Positions 27,461-42,400 of a stretch of DNA of 64,000 bases are shown here, in pieces. Origin of the DNA: the human T2T-CHM13v2.0 reference genome, Homo sapiens. A model generated the notes under the pieces. That model saw only the letters and a list, made by a program, of their open reading frames with translations. It did no database searches and was not told the origin of the DNA. The translations under genes and the position numbers were made by a program. The stretch lies in assembly GCF_009914755.1 (NCBI RefSeq), contig NC_060936.1. One strand, 5' to 3'. Numbering within the stretch: position 1 is the first letter of the stretch; each line of letters begins with the position of its first letter.

Positions 27461-30020
27461 AGGCGTTAGAGCTGCCTCTACCAAGAAAAATAGTACATCA
27501 AAAATAGTATTGCATCCCTCCTGTTCAACTCTCCTATTTGGCCTGTGCAGAAGACAGATGGACCTTGGAGAATGACAGTGGATTATCATAAGCTTAACTA
27601 AGTGGTGACTCCAATTGCACCAGATGTGGCTTCATTGTTTGAGCAAATTAACACATCTCCTAGTACCCGATATGCAGCCATTGACTTGACAAATGCCTTT
27701 TTCTCCATTCCTGTCCATAGGGCCCACCAGAGGCCATTTGCCTTCAACTGGAAAGATGAACAATATACCTTTACTGTCCTACCTCAGGGGTATATCGACT
27801 GTCCAGCTTTGTGTCATAATCTTATTATTGGAAAAGAACTTGATTGTTTTTCGCTACCACAAGATATCACACTGGTCCATTACCTTGATGACATTGTATT
27901 GACTGGATCCTGTAAGCAAGAATTAGCAAACACTGGACCTATTGGTGAGACATTTGCTTGCCAGAGGATGGGAAATAAATTTAACTAAAATTTAGGGACC
28001 TTCTACCTCAGTAAAATTTCTAGGGGTCCAGCGGTGTGGGACTTGTTGAGATATTCTTCCAAGGTGAAGAATAAGTTGCTGCATTTGGTCCCTCCTACAC
28101 CATAAAAGAGGCACAATGCCTAGTGTGCCTATTTGGATTTTGGAGGCAACACATTCCTCATTTGGGTGTGTTACTCTGGCCCATTTATTGAGTGACCTGA
28201 AAGGCTGCCAGTTTTGAGTGGGGTCCAGAACAGAAGAAGGGTCTCCAACAGGTCCAGGCTGCTATGCAAGCTGCTCTGCCACTTGGGTCATATGACTAAG
28301 TAGATCCAATAGTGCTTGAGGTGTCAGTGGTAAAAAGGGATGCTGTCTGAAGCCTTTAGCAGGCCCCCAGAGGTGAATCACAGTGGAGGACTCTAGGATT
28401 TTGGTGCAAGACCCTGCCATATTCTGCAGATAACTACTCTCCTTTCGAGAGACAGCTCTTGGCCTGTTACTGGGCTTTGGTGGAAACTGAATGTTTGACT
28501 ATGGGTCATTAAGTCACCGTGTAACCTGAACTGCCTATCGTGAACTGGGTGGTTTCTGACCCATCTAGCCATAAAGTGGGTCATGAACAGCAGCATCCCG
28601 TCATCAAATGGAAGTGGTATATACGTGATCGGGTTCGAGCAGGTCCTGAAGGCACAAGTCAGTTACATGAGGAAGTGGCTCAAATGCCCATGGTGTCCAC
28701 TCCTGCCACCCTGCCTTCTCTCCCCCAGCCTGCACCAATGGCCTCATTGGGAGTTCCCTATGATCAGTCGACAGAGGAAGAGAAGACTAGGGCCTGGTTT
28801 ACAGATGGTTCTGCATGATATGCAGGCACCACCTGAAAGTGGACAGCTGCAGCACTACAACCCCCTTCTAGGACATCCCTGAAGGACACTAGTGAAGGGA
28901 TATCTTCCCAGTGGGCACAACTTTGAGCACTACACCTGGTTGTGCACTTTGCATGGAAGTAGAAATGGCCAGGTGTGCAATTATATACTGATTTGTAGGC
29001 TGTAGCCAATAGTTTGGCTGGATGGTCAGTGACTTGGAAGAAGCATGCTTGGAAATTGGTGACAAATAAATTTGGGGAAAAGGTATGTGGATGGATCTGT
29101 CTGAGTGGTCAAAAACTGTGAAGATATTTGTATGCCATGTGAGTGCTCACCAACAGGTGACCTCAGCAGAGGAGGATTCTAATAATGAAGTGGATAGGAT
29201 GACCCATTCTGTGGACACCAGCCTCTTTCCCCAGTCACCCTGTCATTGCCCAATGGGCCAATGAACGAAGTGTCCATGTTGGTAGGGATGGAGGTTATGC
29301 ATGGGCTCAGCAACATGGACTTCCACTCACCAAGGCTGACGTGGCTACAGCCAGTGCTGAGTGCCCAATGTGCCAGCAGCAGAGACAAACACTGAGCCCT
29401 CAATGTGGCACAATTCCTCAGGGTGATCAGCCAGCTACCTGGTGGCAGGTTGGTTATATTGGACCTCTTCCATTATAGAAAGGTCAGAGGTTTGTCCTCA
29501 CTGTAATAGACACTTACTCCGGATATGGGTTTACCTATCCTGTACTCAGTGCTTCTGCCAAGAATACCATCCGTGGACTCACAGAATGCCTTATGCACTG
29601 TCATGGTATACCACACAGCATTGCCTCTGACAAAGGCACTCACTTTACTGCTAAAGAAGTGCATCAGTGAGCTCATGCTCATGGAATTCACTTGTCTTAC
29701 CATGTTCCCCATCATCCTAAAGCAGCTGGATTGACAGAACAGTGGAATTGCCTTTTGAAGTCAGAATTACAATGCCAACTAGGTGTCAATACTTTTCAGG
29801 CCTGGGGCAAAATTCTCCAGAAGGCAGTGTATGCTCTGAATCAGTGTCCAATATATGGTACTGTTTCTCCCATAGCCAGGATTCAAGGATCCAGGAATCA
29901 AGGGGTGGAAGTGGAAGTGGCACCACTCACCATCACCCCTAGTGATCCACTAGCAAAATTTTTGCTTCCTCTTCTTGCGACACTCTGTTCTGCTGGCCTA
30001 GTGGTCTTAGTTCGAGAGGG
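27460..30020 (+). pseudogene. HERV-L pol remnant (RT, RNase H, integrase)
   Basis: RT motifs AIDLTNAFFSIP, YTFTVLPQGY and HYLDD; RNase H AWFTDGS; integrase YHVPHHPKAAGLTEQWN. Multiple stops are present. Confidence 0.92.
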
Positions 30021-30470
30021 ATGAAATCTGCCACCAGGAGACACAAGAACGATTCTATTAAACAGGAAGTTAAGATTGCCACCTGGACACTTTGGGCTCC
30101 TCCTACCTTTAAGGTAACAGGCTATGAAGGGAATTACAGTGTTGACTGGGGTGATTGACCTGGACTATCAAGATGAAATCAGTCTACTACTCTACAATGG
30201 AGATAAGGAAGAGTATGCATGGAATACAGGAGATCCATTAGGGTGTGTCTTAGTATTACCACGCACTTTGATTAAGGTCAATGGGAAACTACAACAGCCC
30301 AATCCAGGCAGGACTACAAATGGCCTAGATCCTTCAGGAATGAAGGTTTGGGTGACTCCACCAGGAAAAAAACCATGACCTGATGATGTGCTTGCTGAAG
30401 GCAAGGTGAATACAGAATGAGTAGTAGAAGAAGATAGTCATCGATACCAGCTACGACCATGTGACCAGCT
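30020..30470 (+). pseudogene. HERV-L dUTPase-like and pol C-terminal remnant
   Basis: KGITVLTGVIDLDYQDEISLLLYN resembles the dUTPase GVIDxDY motif, in the post-integrase position typical of ERV-L. Confidence 0.8.
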
Positions 30471-30800
30471 GCAAAAAAGGGGTCTGTAACTGCCATGAGT
30501 ATTTCTTCCTTCTTTTGTTAAAAACATGTTTGTGCATGTTTTCTTGTACTAAGAATATATCTTCATTGTATTTCCTTTTTTCTTCATCATGTGACATAAG
30601 ATTTATTGACTTTATATCAGCATTTAAATATTGTTAACTTTATGTAATGGTATTTTGAGTTGGGGATTGGTGCATTTCTGGTTTTCTGAAGGATATTTGC
30701 ATTATGTTTGGCATAATTATGACCTTACTATTGTCTTTATTTGAAGATCATTTATGATCTCAGGAGATGTGTATGGGTTCAGGTTGACAAGAGATGGACT

Positions 30801-31196
30801 TGTGATGGTTAATACCGAGTGGCAACTTGATTGGATTGAAGGATGCAATGTATTGATCCTGGGTGTGTCTGTGAGGTGTGAGGTTATTGCCAAAGGTGAT
30901 TAACATTTGAGTCAGTGGGCTGGGAAAGGCAGACCCACCCTTAATCTGGTTGGGCACCATCTAATCAGCTGCCAGCATGGCTAGAACATAAAGCAGGCAG
31001 AAAACTGTGAAAAAACTAGACTGGCCTAGTCTCTCAGCCTACAGCTTCTCCCATGCTGGATGCTTCCTGGCCTCTAACATCAGACTCCAAGTTCTTCAGC
31101 TTTGGGATTCGGACTGGCTTCCTTGCTCCTCAGCTTGCTGACGGTCTATTGTGGGACCTTGTAATCATGTGAGTTAATACTTAATAAGCTCCCCTT

Positions 31197-31251
<55 letters not shown>

Positions 31252-31345
31252 AGAGAGAGAGAGAGAGAGAGAGCTTCATATATATATGGAGCTTCCCCTT
31301 TATATATATAGAGGGGAAGTATTAAGTTATATATATATAAATATA

Positions 31346-31398
<53 letters not shown>

Positions 31399-31431
31399 CT
31401 CCAATTAGTTCTGTCCCTCTAGACAACCCCA
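30801..31431 (+). mobile_element. 3' LTR (MLT2A1-like) with expanded TA/GA microsatellite
   Basis: Preceded by a PPT-like ACAAGAGATGGACT, starts TGTGATGG, and ends TTAGTTCTGTCCCTCTAGACAACCCCA before the TSD. Confidence 0.95.
31200..31394. repeat. Compound (TA)n/(GA)n/(TA)n microsatellite
   Basis: Directly visible: two long pure TA runs (~31200-31248 and ~31354-31394) with a GA run between them. Confidence 0.97.
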
Positions 31432-32007
31432 ACTCCTTAAATGGAATCTGTTATACAACTTATTTTTACTATGGTAATCCTTTCCTCCTATCCCTCTAGA
31501 TAGTCTGAATATCACATGGTATATTAGTAATATAATAACATACAAATATAATAATGGTCACTTGTTTTTATTTAAATCAAGGGTGGATTTATTTGTAAAG
31601 ATGAAGTTTAATGATATTGGGCACCAAAAAATGGGTAATTAAAATGGGCCATTAAAATAATAAAAATTTAGTAAATAGCAATAATTTACCTTTTAAGTAC
31701 AAGAATAATTTTCATGCAAATAGAATGCAAGTAATGTTAGTTGTAAAAGACATGTTGATCTCAATATTACACCATTTCAACTGTATAGTTACCTATTTAC
31801 CAAAATATTTTTCCTATAATGAAAATAGTTTATTAAAAACAATTAAATTAAATTTTCTACATTTACGCTTAAAGTTTAACTTAAAATTTAAGACAGATTT
31901 ATATACAGATAATAGAAGAAACTATCATAATACACTTTACATATAATAGTCTTGTAAGAACACAAATTGTATTTCCATTAAAAATAAAGTCACATGGCAT
32001 TATCACA

Positions 32008-32400
32008 CTGTATTATTAGGGTGGGCAACAAAACAATCCCAAATATTTAATATGTCAAACTCAAATGAAGTTTATTCTTTACTTTCTCAGTATCCCAAGG
32101 TAGAATTGATCAGCGGACTGCTGTCTCCTTTATAGTAATTCAGGCTCCTTTCTTGTCTGTGCCTTGCCATCCCCTTGGGTTTTGCCAGAGAGTGGGAGGG
32201 GAAAGAGGGTGGAGGCAGCATACTCACCTCATAGAAAACCTTGGCCCACATGTGACCAGACTTTTCTCAAGTTCCACTGGTAAGAACAACTCACATGGCA
32301 ACATCCAATTACAAGAGAAACTGGGAAAGTAGTCTAGACTTAAGTACAGAAAAAATAAAAAAGGTTTTGGTTAAAACTTAGCCAGTTTCTCCCATATATT
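32008..32400 (-). mobile_element. MaLR LTR fragment (MLT1-type)
   Basis: aacaaaacaatcccaaat...aagtttattc...tcacatggcaacatccaattacaagagaaactgggaaagtagtct. Confidence 0.6.
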
Positions 32401-33976
32401 GTTTGTGAAAACAATAATGGAAATGAAAGGTATGTTAGAGAATGTTATGTTTTAACTTTCTGTGATGTGTAAATTTAAGAAACATATTAAATGCAATTAA
32501 TTGAAAATAAGGATACAAAAACACCCAATTCTGTTTATTACAAAGGATAAGCATTGTTTATTATGTAAGTTTAGCATGTTTCTTGTGATGTTTATGCTAC
32601 ACGTTATTCTTCCTACCTGTCTAAAAAAGCAAACTGCAGAATATTAAAGCTATGCTAAGCACATCGTTACTGACTCTTGTGCCTCCACGCAAATTTATAA
32701 GCATCACTTCTCACAAGATAAATTTTTGTGAAAGGCTATATTAATCAGCTTTTATCTATGCATTTATACGAGATTACTGTAAGCTCTAGCAACTTGGCAA
32801 ATATTTACTGACATTTCAATTCATAACCAAGGATATCTTACTGTTCTCAAAAAACAAAGACTGTTATATTTTGAAGTCAAAGTATGGTAGGAGAAGACAA
32901 GTTTCAGGGAATTTTGTTTTGCATCACTCAATACTATCTGACATTAAATCTAAGAGCACTAGGAGAGAAACAACGAACAATAAAAAATGACAATGCCTTC
33001 TAAAATATTTTCTCTTTTTTAAAGGAAAATAAAATTTCCCAGGAAAAAGTTTTTCATGTCCATCTTCAGACTTGGCGACCATACACTTATAAAAAGTCTG
33101 ATAAAAAGGGAAGAGAAATGATGTAAATACAACTAACCGTTGTTTTTAAACAGAAAGAATATTTATTCTAACACGAAGCTTATAATAAAGGTTTTCATTT
33201 TTCACTCTACTCCAATTTAGAGACACTCACTTTTTAATTAAAAAATCACAAAGTTTTATACTGAGAGTACTAGTCTAATTTCAATCTTACAAATTAGTAA
33301 AATAAAAACTCAGTAGTATAAATTCCTGAATTTTCCAACTCAACTACCTGAAGAAGCTGGACAGGTACTGCATGACTTATAATACCTACTTTTTAACTTC
33401 TATCAAATATAAATCATTCAGCTATGACTCAAACTGATTTATGACTACCAAATTACTTTGACCATTGGCATTGTTGATACCTAGTGAACATTTTACTTGA
33501 TTAACTAGCAACATAAATAAACTGTATGAAGTGGAGATCAGTAAGTGTTACTGTTTTTTAGATGAGAAATCACTGGGAAAAAGTCACTAACATGACAATG
33601 ACCCCTTCCTTACTGTTTACCATTCAAAGACATGTGCAAGCAGTCATGGACAGTAAATTAAACCATAAGAATAATTGATATGAGTAATCCTCACTTTGGA
33701 CATAGTTTAAAGATTCATTGAACAATGAAGAATGCAAATGCATGCTTTACAAGGACAATAAAGAGAAGTCAGCAATTTCAATCCCAAATTAGTACTAATT
33801 TTAAGAAGTCCTAGACAGTTGAAATTATGTAGAAAAATTTCTCCAAAATTTATATAATTCATTGAGCAATTGGCTCTTATCTTCTTCTCCACCATAAATA
33901 GGGTGAACTTAAGTTCATATATTATGAATTTGAAGGCATAAGATATAGAAGATAGGTCAAGACCAGGTGGGAAAAT

Positions 33977-34557
33977 GTTAGATACTCTACCGATCCATTA
34001 CTGAGTAAAAAATCATGCCCAAACTTAGTAATTTAAAACAACAATCACTTTATTCTTAATCATGGTATAAGGGGGTCAGAGCTCACCTAGGTAGTTCTGG
34101 CTTGGAATCTCTTATGCATGTACAGTCAGACAGTGACTAGACTGGGAAGTGTCGGGGTGAGAGTCAACTAAAGTAGTGGGGGCTGTCCAGGAATCTCTCT
34201 TTTTCCCTGTGTATGTGTGTCATCTTATGGATTCCCTATGTTGTATTGCAAAATGGGATAGCTTGGGCTTCCTCACAATTATGGCAGCCCAACGATAGTC
34301 AGACATGACAAGATAAGTCTTCAAGAGCAAGTAGTGAGCAAGGCAGAAGTGCAAGTAGTGAACAAGGTCACATGCAGTGACTTAAGCTTTAGAAGTCACA
34401 TGTAATTTTTGCCGTACTCGTATTATGAGACAGCCATCACAACCCACCTGGTTTCAAGGGGAAGAAACATAAATCCCCTTCTCTTAATGAGAGTAGCACC
34501 AAATCGCATGGTAAAAAGTACTGTTGCTGCCATTTTTAGAAAATAAAGTCAGACACA
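33977..34557 (-). mobile_element. MaLR solo LTR (MLT1-type)
   Basis: cccaaaacttagtaatttaaaacaacaatca...gggcttcctcacaa...agaagtcacat...tgctgccatttttagaaaata. Confidence 0.75.
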
Positions 34558-35479
34558 GCAGGCTACCTTTGTGAAATGTGCATTTGCTATTTCAAATATT
34601 CAATTTTCATACATAAGTTTGTAGTTTCTAAAAGATGGGCCAAGTCTTTTAAAATATTTCAAGAACTGATAAGTAGCTAGTAAGCAAAATGTTTGTTAGA
34701 CATAGGCAGAATTCATGGGAATTGTAAAGTATAAAATAAAAATCAGGGCATGTGTGTGTTAAACATAGACAGAAAAGCACAGAAAGACCAGGGATATCCA
34801 GTGTTCATGAGACATGTGCGTAGTACATATTTGTGTATATATTTGTATATATTATATGTGAACATACCTGATAACAAATACACAGGAGATTCTAAGTATT
34901 TAGGATACACTAGATATACATGAAAAATTAGCATTCAAGAGGTCTTTGTTTGGCCATCCATAGGTGACACTAATTATAACCATATATATCTTCTGCCCAA
35001 GTAACACAAATAAAACCCATCACTATTCATCCAGCTAATTAGAGAGCTACATCTACCAGCCAGATGTATTTGTCCCTGCGTCTCTCTAATAGAGTATGTG
35101 CCATTGACCCAAGTGTCTTCTGCCCTTTTGACCCCTAGCAGGTGTTTCAAGGCCCCTCCATTATGGGCCTTGTAACCACACCATTCATGGGGAAGGCTAA
35201 TGAGACAGAGAGAGGAACAAGACATAAAAACATTGCGGATCCCAGAGTTTAGGTAGTATGGTTTCTCCACACTCTTTGTGCCCTACCCTACATGTGTTAA
35301 CCGACTCCATCTCTTTTCCCTTGTTTCTACGTGTTTTTAGTAGACTTGAGAAAATGCATCATTTGATCATTTTAATTTGTTCTGTGAGCCTTTCTATTCT
35401 GTGACCTCTGGGATGTACTTGCTGGTAATGAACATGGAGGCTTCCATTGTATCAAGGTGATGTCCCACATGACACTTTA

Positions 35480-35923
<444 letters not shown>

Positions 35924-36499
35924 TCAAACACGTCAGCCAACTTCCTGACATCTCTGAAGTCCTATTCAGCCAAAGAACCTCAAATCATCTCAAAGATATG
36001 TAAGTTGTGGCAGACCACTATCACAAAATAATGCCAACCTGCAACTGGATCCAGGATAGATTTGGATAGAGGGAGCTTGGGACTCCTGGCAAGCTAGCAA
36101 TAAAATCTCATTATGGTCTTTTAATTAATCTTGAAATTATGCAAACTCACATTTTATGTAATTAAATTTTAGTGATCATTTACCATAGTTAGCAAATATT
36201 TGTTACAGCATACATGTGTGTTTCTGCTTTATTTTCTCTTATTTTACTATACCAATCCTATTTTTGAGTTTTGGGATTATAAAATGTGTCTTGGGTATTG
36301 AGACTTATTTGATAATATAAATAATGTATTGATTTATAATTTGTGGTTTCCTTGCATCATGTGGGAACCGGCTACATAGGGAGTCAGGAGTCCCACATTG
36401 TGATAAAAAATATAATGGAGGTGATATATTTAATCTATTTGTGGAAGATCAGAAACGAGGATGAAAATGTGTTACTAAGGAAATTTGTGGATGAATGGC

Positions 36500-37420
36500 A
36501 TGAAAGGGTAAAAGTGAGGACAAATAACTACAGGCAGATAAACTATGGCTTGCATAAGGAACGGTGGATGGTGAGAAGTTGGCTATAGCAGAGTGGTGAG
36601 GGAAGCTTTGACTGAAAGAAAAGAATAAAAATCTAAACAAGACATGAAAATCTTGTTAAAGTGTTTCAAGATGTATCCTGTGGGTAACAGGGAACCTATT
36701 AAAGTTTTAAATCAAGGGCATGTGGTGTATATTTTGCAAGAGGCAGGATGAAAATTGAGAGATAAGAAAGAAAGGATAGGTGATATAAATACTGAACCAC
36801 CTTTCAATGGGATATGAAACAGAGATGAGTATATCTAGGTTGAAGCAAAATGAATTCACCTTTGATCATGTTAAGGGTTATTATCTGACCATGAGCCATC
36901 TAATTAGAGATGTTCAAAAGCAGTTGAAATACCAGTCTATCAAAGAGAAATCTGGGCTGTTAAGAAGTGTTTGCAAATCATTACTGGCATTTGAAATGAT
37001 GGAAGAGAGGAACATTGATAATTAAGAGGGTGTAGAATCAGGTAACATGAGGAAAGGATGACAGAACCTCAGTGACCACTAATATTTAGGAAATGCTTCT
37101 AACAAGAAGTAGGCAGAGGTGAGGAGGGGAAGGAAGGAAAGAGTGCAATCATGGCAAGAAGTAGGGAGTGGTGATGAGTGTGAAATATTCCTGAAAAATC
37201 AAGTAATATAAAAATTGGAAAACATTATTTGGATTTAGCAAGAACATATTATATTTATTAAGGGGAGTTTCAGTAAAATGGTGATTGCATTTCCTTTCTT
37301 TCATTCTCTATATCTTATTGAACATCTATGATGTACCAGGCAATATTATAGATACTTAGGATGCAGCGATAAATAATAGAATAAGAGAAAATTCTTGTTT
37401 ACACGAAGCTTACATTCTAG
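36500..37420 (-). mobile_element. L2 fragments
   Basis: Degenerate L2-antisense phrases, e.g. ttattgaacatctatgatgtaccagg...gaagcttacattctagtg. Confidence 0.55.
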
Positions 37421-39264
37421 TGTTCACTCATTTAAAAATATTTACCACAGACCTTATTTTCATCAGACAATGTGTCAGTATTATGGTTTATCACTTATAA
37501 ATATCAATTATTATATAATTCTTTAAAAACCACAAATCCTGCGGGGAAGGGTGGGCAGGGAGAATTTTGACCCCAGAAACATTTCACAAATATTGTACTT
37601 TAAAAATTCGCTTCACGTTGCCTCTGTTCCTATTACATCATGAAGAAGCTTAAATGCAAAATACACCTTTATTAAACTGTTTTTATGCTCCTGTTGGATT
37701 TATTTACAGTCATGCATGGCTTTATATTAAGATACTTCTACATTTAATGGTTGACAAGCAAATAACTTGGAAAATTATTCTGAAATTTTGTAGACACAAA
37801 ATTTTATTAATGACTTCTAGCTCTTGTAGAACCAGAAAGTCCATTTTAAAATATTTTTTTCAGTTTATTTATTTGCTGCCCTGTGACTAGGGTTTGAATG
37901 AAGGCAGTCGATTTTAAAGATTAATTTCTGTCCAATTAGATTTCAGTGTTCTAATTAAATAATTCAGAAAGCAGACAAAAAGTGCAGAGAAACAAAGAGA
38001 AACATGTTTTTTTGCTTTCTAAAAATATAAATTTATTAATTCATCAAATATTTTAGATGTCACAGGTATTAACAATATAACTTTTCCTAAACAAATTTAT
38101 CAGGAATAAATCTCATAATCTCTTCTTTCAAAATGCCTTGTGAAAAGGATTGTATAATAAGATACCTTATTAAAACACCTTAAAGTTACCTGCAATTAAA
38201 GCTTAAGCATTATTAATCAGAAACTTTTGGACTGATTTTTAATTTTACTTCAAAGTTATTAAGGGCACAAATAAAATTTATTGAGTATTTTTTAATTTAT
38301 TACAGAACATCTTGAGATTAATTGAATATATCTGCAAATCAGGTTTTGCCTTAGTGGCAACGGTTGATTTAAAAAAATATTAACAATTGAGCATAGCACA
38401 TTTAATTTGAGATGATTTGGCCTTGAAATTGGCAAAATTCGATATCAATCTACGCCTTAGGCTGATCATTACAATTCAATTTACAATGAACTTCCTGAAC
38501 ACCTATTATCTACCTCTTAATGCAACTTATTGAATTCCTACTGTAGAAGATATTCAAAAATTAAAAGAAAAAATCAAAATACCATGTATAATGAAATAAT
38601 AAACTTGTAGACATAGGGATACCACAAGATCTCTCTTTGTATGTTTCTCGTTTGCATCAAAGTCAATGTATTTAAAACCAAAGTTATGGAGTTTTTGTAA
38701 TTTTTTATCCTTAACTCCTTCCAGGTGTCCTTCTGTATGCCATTTTCATCCTCCGAGTAACTAAAATTCATAATTTTGTAATCCCCACTTAATTATAAAT
38801 TTTGACCCTATAACTAGTATGATGGTAAGATTTGTTGAATTTTAACTACAAAATATTTCTCAATATTTTCCTTTTTATCCTACTGGGACTCAATATCTCA
38901 AGCCATATTATTGCATAAGCCATTTAACCTTCTTTACTAATCTTGGAGCAATTCAGTAAGTGTACAAGGAGGTTGGGATATAAAGAGGCTCTTGGGACAG
39001 GAAACATAGGAAGATGCACCAGTGAGGTATAATTGTAAATTATACATAAATATGTCAGCAAGAAGAGCATTTGAATCGTCATGTCCACACATAATATGTG
39101 AGACTTAAGCAGGCAAGTAGGGGGCTGCAGGCTGGGTTGCCTGACAGCATGTGAGGTTTACTCAGCTATAGACAGAAACAGGATTCCAGCCCATGAAGGG
39201 GTACAAGAACAAGATATGATACCTGCCTTAAACATTTCTGGCAGGGTATGAAAAGAATAGAACA

Positions 39265-39480
39265 TAGTACTGAAAGCATCATCTAAGCAGACTGCCTGTT
39301 TTCAAACCCTGTCTCTGCCACATCACATGCTAGCTGACTTTAAGCAAATTATTAAACCTTTCTGTATCACCCATATCATTATGTGTAAAATAGGGATAAA
39401 ATGATATCCACATCTATGGATGTAGGATTAAAGGAGATCATTCATATACAAGGCTTAATAAATGCCAACTATTATTAGCA
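39265..39480 (+). mobile_element. MIR
   Basis: gactttaagcaaattattaaacctttctgtatc...tgtaaaatagggataaaa. Confidence 0.7.
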
Positions 39481-42400
39481 TCAGTAATTTCAGACCCGAG
39501 AAACCAGGCAAAACCTCATATTTGCAGCAGAGATAAAAATTAGAGGTCATTGTAAAGCTAATTTGTATAAGTAGATGAAAGTCAGGGATGGTCTTGATGG
39601 ATAAACATACCTTCCTCTAACCTCTCAATTATGCAGTTTCATACAGAAAATACATAACTAAATTATATAGAATTTTTGTTAACATTTAAGCTGCCAACAT
39701 ATAAACTAAGCTAAAAATTTAGTTTATTAATACATTCATAAGTGCTTTCTAATACAGTTATCCTCACTGCCTGTTTATCAGGATTTAAGTGTTTGCTTAG
39801 GGGAGATTTTTAAAGTAAGTATAAGAATGCTTTATATGTTCATTTTGGGAGAAAACACATTACAATTACCCTTTTTGCACTTCATACCTAAATCCCATGG
39901 TAGGAAGCTAAAACAACTTGTGAGAAGGCAATACCAGCTTAAATTATTTCCTCAGGTAATATTGATTTTCTCACAAAGCTATATGAAAGCTCTTTTAAAA
40001 AGCATAAAACACATGGCAAAATATTAATATAATTGATTTATGGCTATATATTGTTTAGATATATGGAAAATTGCCATCTATTTAAAACAAAAATTACTTC
40101 ATTCAACAAATATTTATTGTGCTGGACACAGAATATACAGCAATTAATATGGTATATTTTCTTTAAGCAATTATTGTAATAATCATTTAATTCAGATGAG
40201 CACCTTACCTGTAGATATAAGCAATATGTACTTCAGTTGTTCTGAGGTATTAGTTTTACTTTAAAAGATAGGAAATTGTACGTGATGAAACAGTGCTCTA
40301 ATAATGCAATAGAGTAGTTGACAAAACAGACTTAGTCAAGAAAAAGAATAATAAAATATTGATATTAGAGATAAATATGCAAAGACAAGTTGTTCACTTG
40401 AATAACTTTTCATGACTGCTTTTCTCTACCTCAGGGTATTATTTGTTTATTTGTTTATCCTAGTTCACCAAGTTGTCATTTATTTGATGGAATATTATAA
40501 TAGTCTTCAGCCAACATCTCATACCATCAAAGATAATGGTTATGAGAAAATATTTTTATCTCCAGGTATTGGGATTTTGAAGGTCCTTAGAAAGGACCAT
40601 TTTCAAAATCTTAAGTAAAACATGGGCTACCAAAAATGATTACCTCACAAGATACTATTTTTAGGTTAAATGTGATTAAATTTTTATACAAAAGTCATGT
40701 TACAGAAAGATAAGCAAATTTCTCTAAGATAATTGGAATATTTGGGCTCATATCATCAAAAACTGAATATTAAAATTGTATTAGGAATAGAACTAGGAGT
40801 TTCTTTTTCTAATATGGAAAAATATAATTTAATTTAATTTATCATTCTTACCATAAGAATAAACAATATTTCTGTAAGAAGTGTTATATATCAAATGTTC
40901 TATCACATGTTCTAATTTTCATAAGTTAGAACACAAGAAATCAAATCAAATGTCCTAGTTTTATATCAAATGTTCTAATTATAACAAATAAATTATAATA
41001 TTCCATATGAATGTCCTTTAAATTCAGACCGTATATAGAGGATGAAGCACGTTTAAAAATTGGACAAATAATTGAAACTATGACTAATAAAATGAGCACT
41101 GTCATAACATTGTAAAATCAGCATGCAGCTAAAGAATGATAGCTCCCATTTATCAATTACCATCTTCATAAAATGTTCAGACCCAATCACTCCAGGTTTA
41201 AACAATTGTTGTTTTAGTATAATATCTTTCTACCTATCCATCTATGCATCTCTCCCTGTCTTCCTCCACCTCTCTCTACAGTTTATATTCATAAGAATAA
41301 GAGTTGTTATTTCCTACATGTACATTTATATTTGGAAAAGTTAAATCTTGCTGTATGTTATCTTATAAACTCACATTACTTGAAAAGCTTCCTAAGTAAT
41401 ATGCATACTTTTTTTATTTTCTTGTCTTTTACTGGAATTGTGTTTTAGTCGTGTAAATTGCCGTCAGTACTTCTGCCTAAAAGTCCTTCAAAAGACTCAA
41501 TTTTTAATGCTTTCTGTCACCAGGAGACACTAAGTTATTTAAGTGGGAAAACTATTTTGAGGATCCTGGGTTGCAATGATGTCATCTATTTGAGAAACTT
41601 TAATAAAAACATATACTTGGTGAAGAAAGGGCACGTTTTAGGAAAGACTGACCCCATGAGCAAATCTGGCTAAGATTAACAAAATACCACTAGCTTAACA
41701 GGCTGTAAACGTTTATGGACATCAACAAGAACAATCCAGTATTATCTTTCTTTGTCAATTACTTCTTAAAGGACAAAAGAGCTTTACAGATGGACAAGTT
41801 GATTTAGTTTAGACTAACTTGCAGTTATCATTTTGTAATAATTAGAGATTTAGTGTTAGATGAAGTAGTTTGTCCTTTAGAAATTAGATCAAGATATTGA
41901 GGTTAACCTTCAGATGGTGACCTTTGTCCCTCGTCAACTGTGGCTGTTTATAAGTCTTGGTTTCAAGGTTAATGACATTATATTCATTATGCTGTCAGTT
42001 TTCTAAGATAAATCAATTCTTAAATGATATCACTGTAGTGCAAATTTTTCATATCAGAAGCCATCCTGGCCATGCACTTTACAATTTAATTATTGTAAAA
42101 GGAAAATGCATTAAAATGTCGTCATATTAAATGGCACCTTTAAATTGAGTGCTACCAATACATTTTTACATTCAGATCCTTGAAATAAGAGTAAAGTGAT
42201 TCTAAAAAAATAACTTAAAAATGCAAAAAAAAAACCCACATGATTTTAAAAACTTATTTGCTTATCTTTGTATCCTAGATTACAAATAATTGTATACATA
42301 TATTTATGTAGATAGTATACATATCTATGGTTTTGTGGATGAAAATAAAACTAGCTAAATTTATTGTCTTCATACAATTTCAAGTATTATCAGGGAAGTG

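Larger units (their letters stand above)
24936..31431 (+). mobile_element. HERV-L provirus with MLT2A (MLT2A1-like) LTRs, near full length, defective, no env
   Basis: TG...CA termini, 5-bp TSD ACTCC (24931-24935 and 31432-31436), two homologous LTRs beginning TGTGATGGTTAATAC, and internal gag/pro/pol/dUTPase remnants. Confidence 0.96.

Noticed and set aside
26054-30378. A possibly intact or domesticated retroviral gene
   Set aside because: All frames are broken by stops, frameshifts and deletions. The longest fragment is 128 aa and there is no env.
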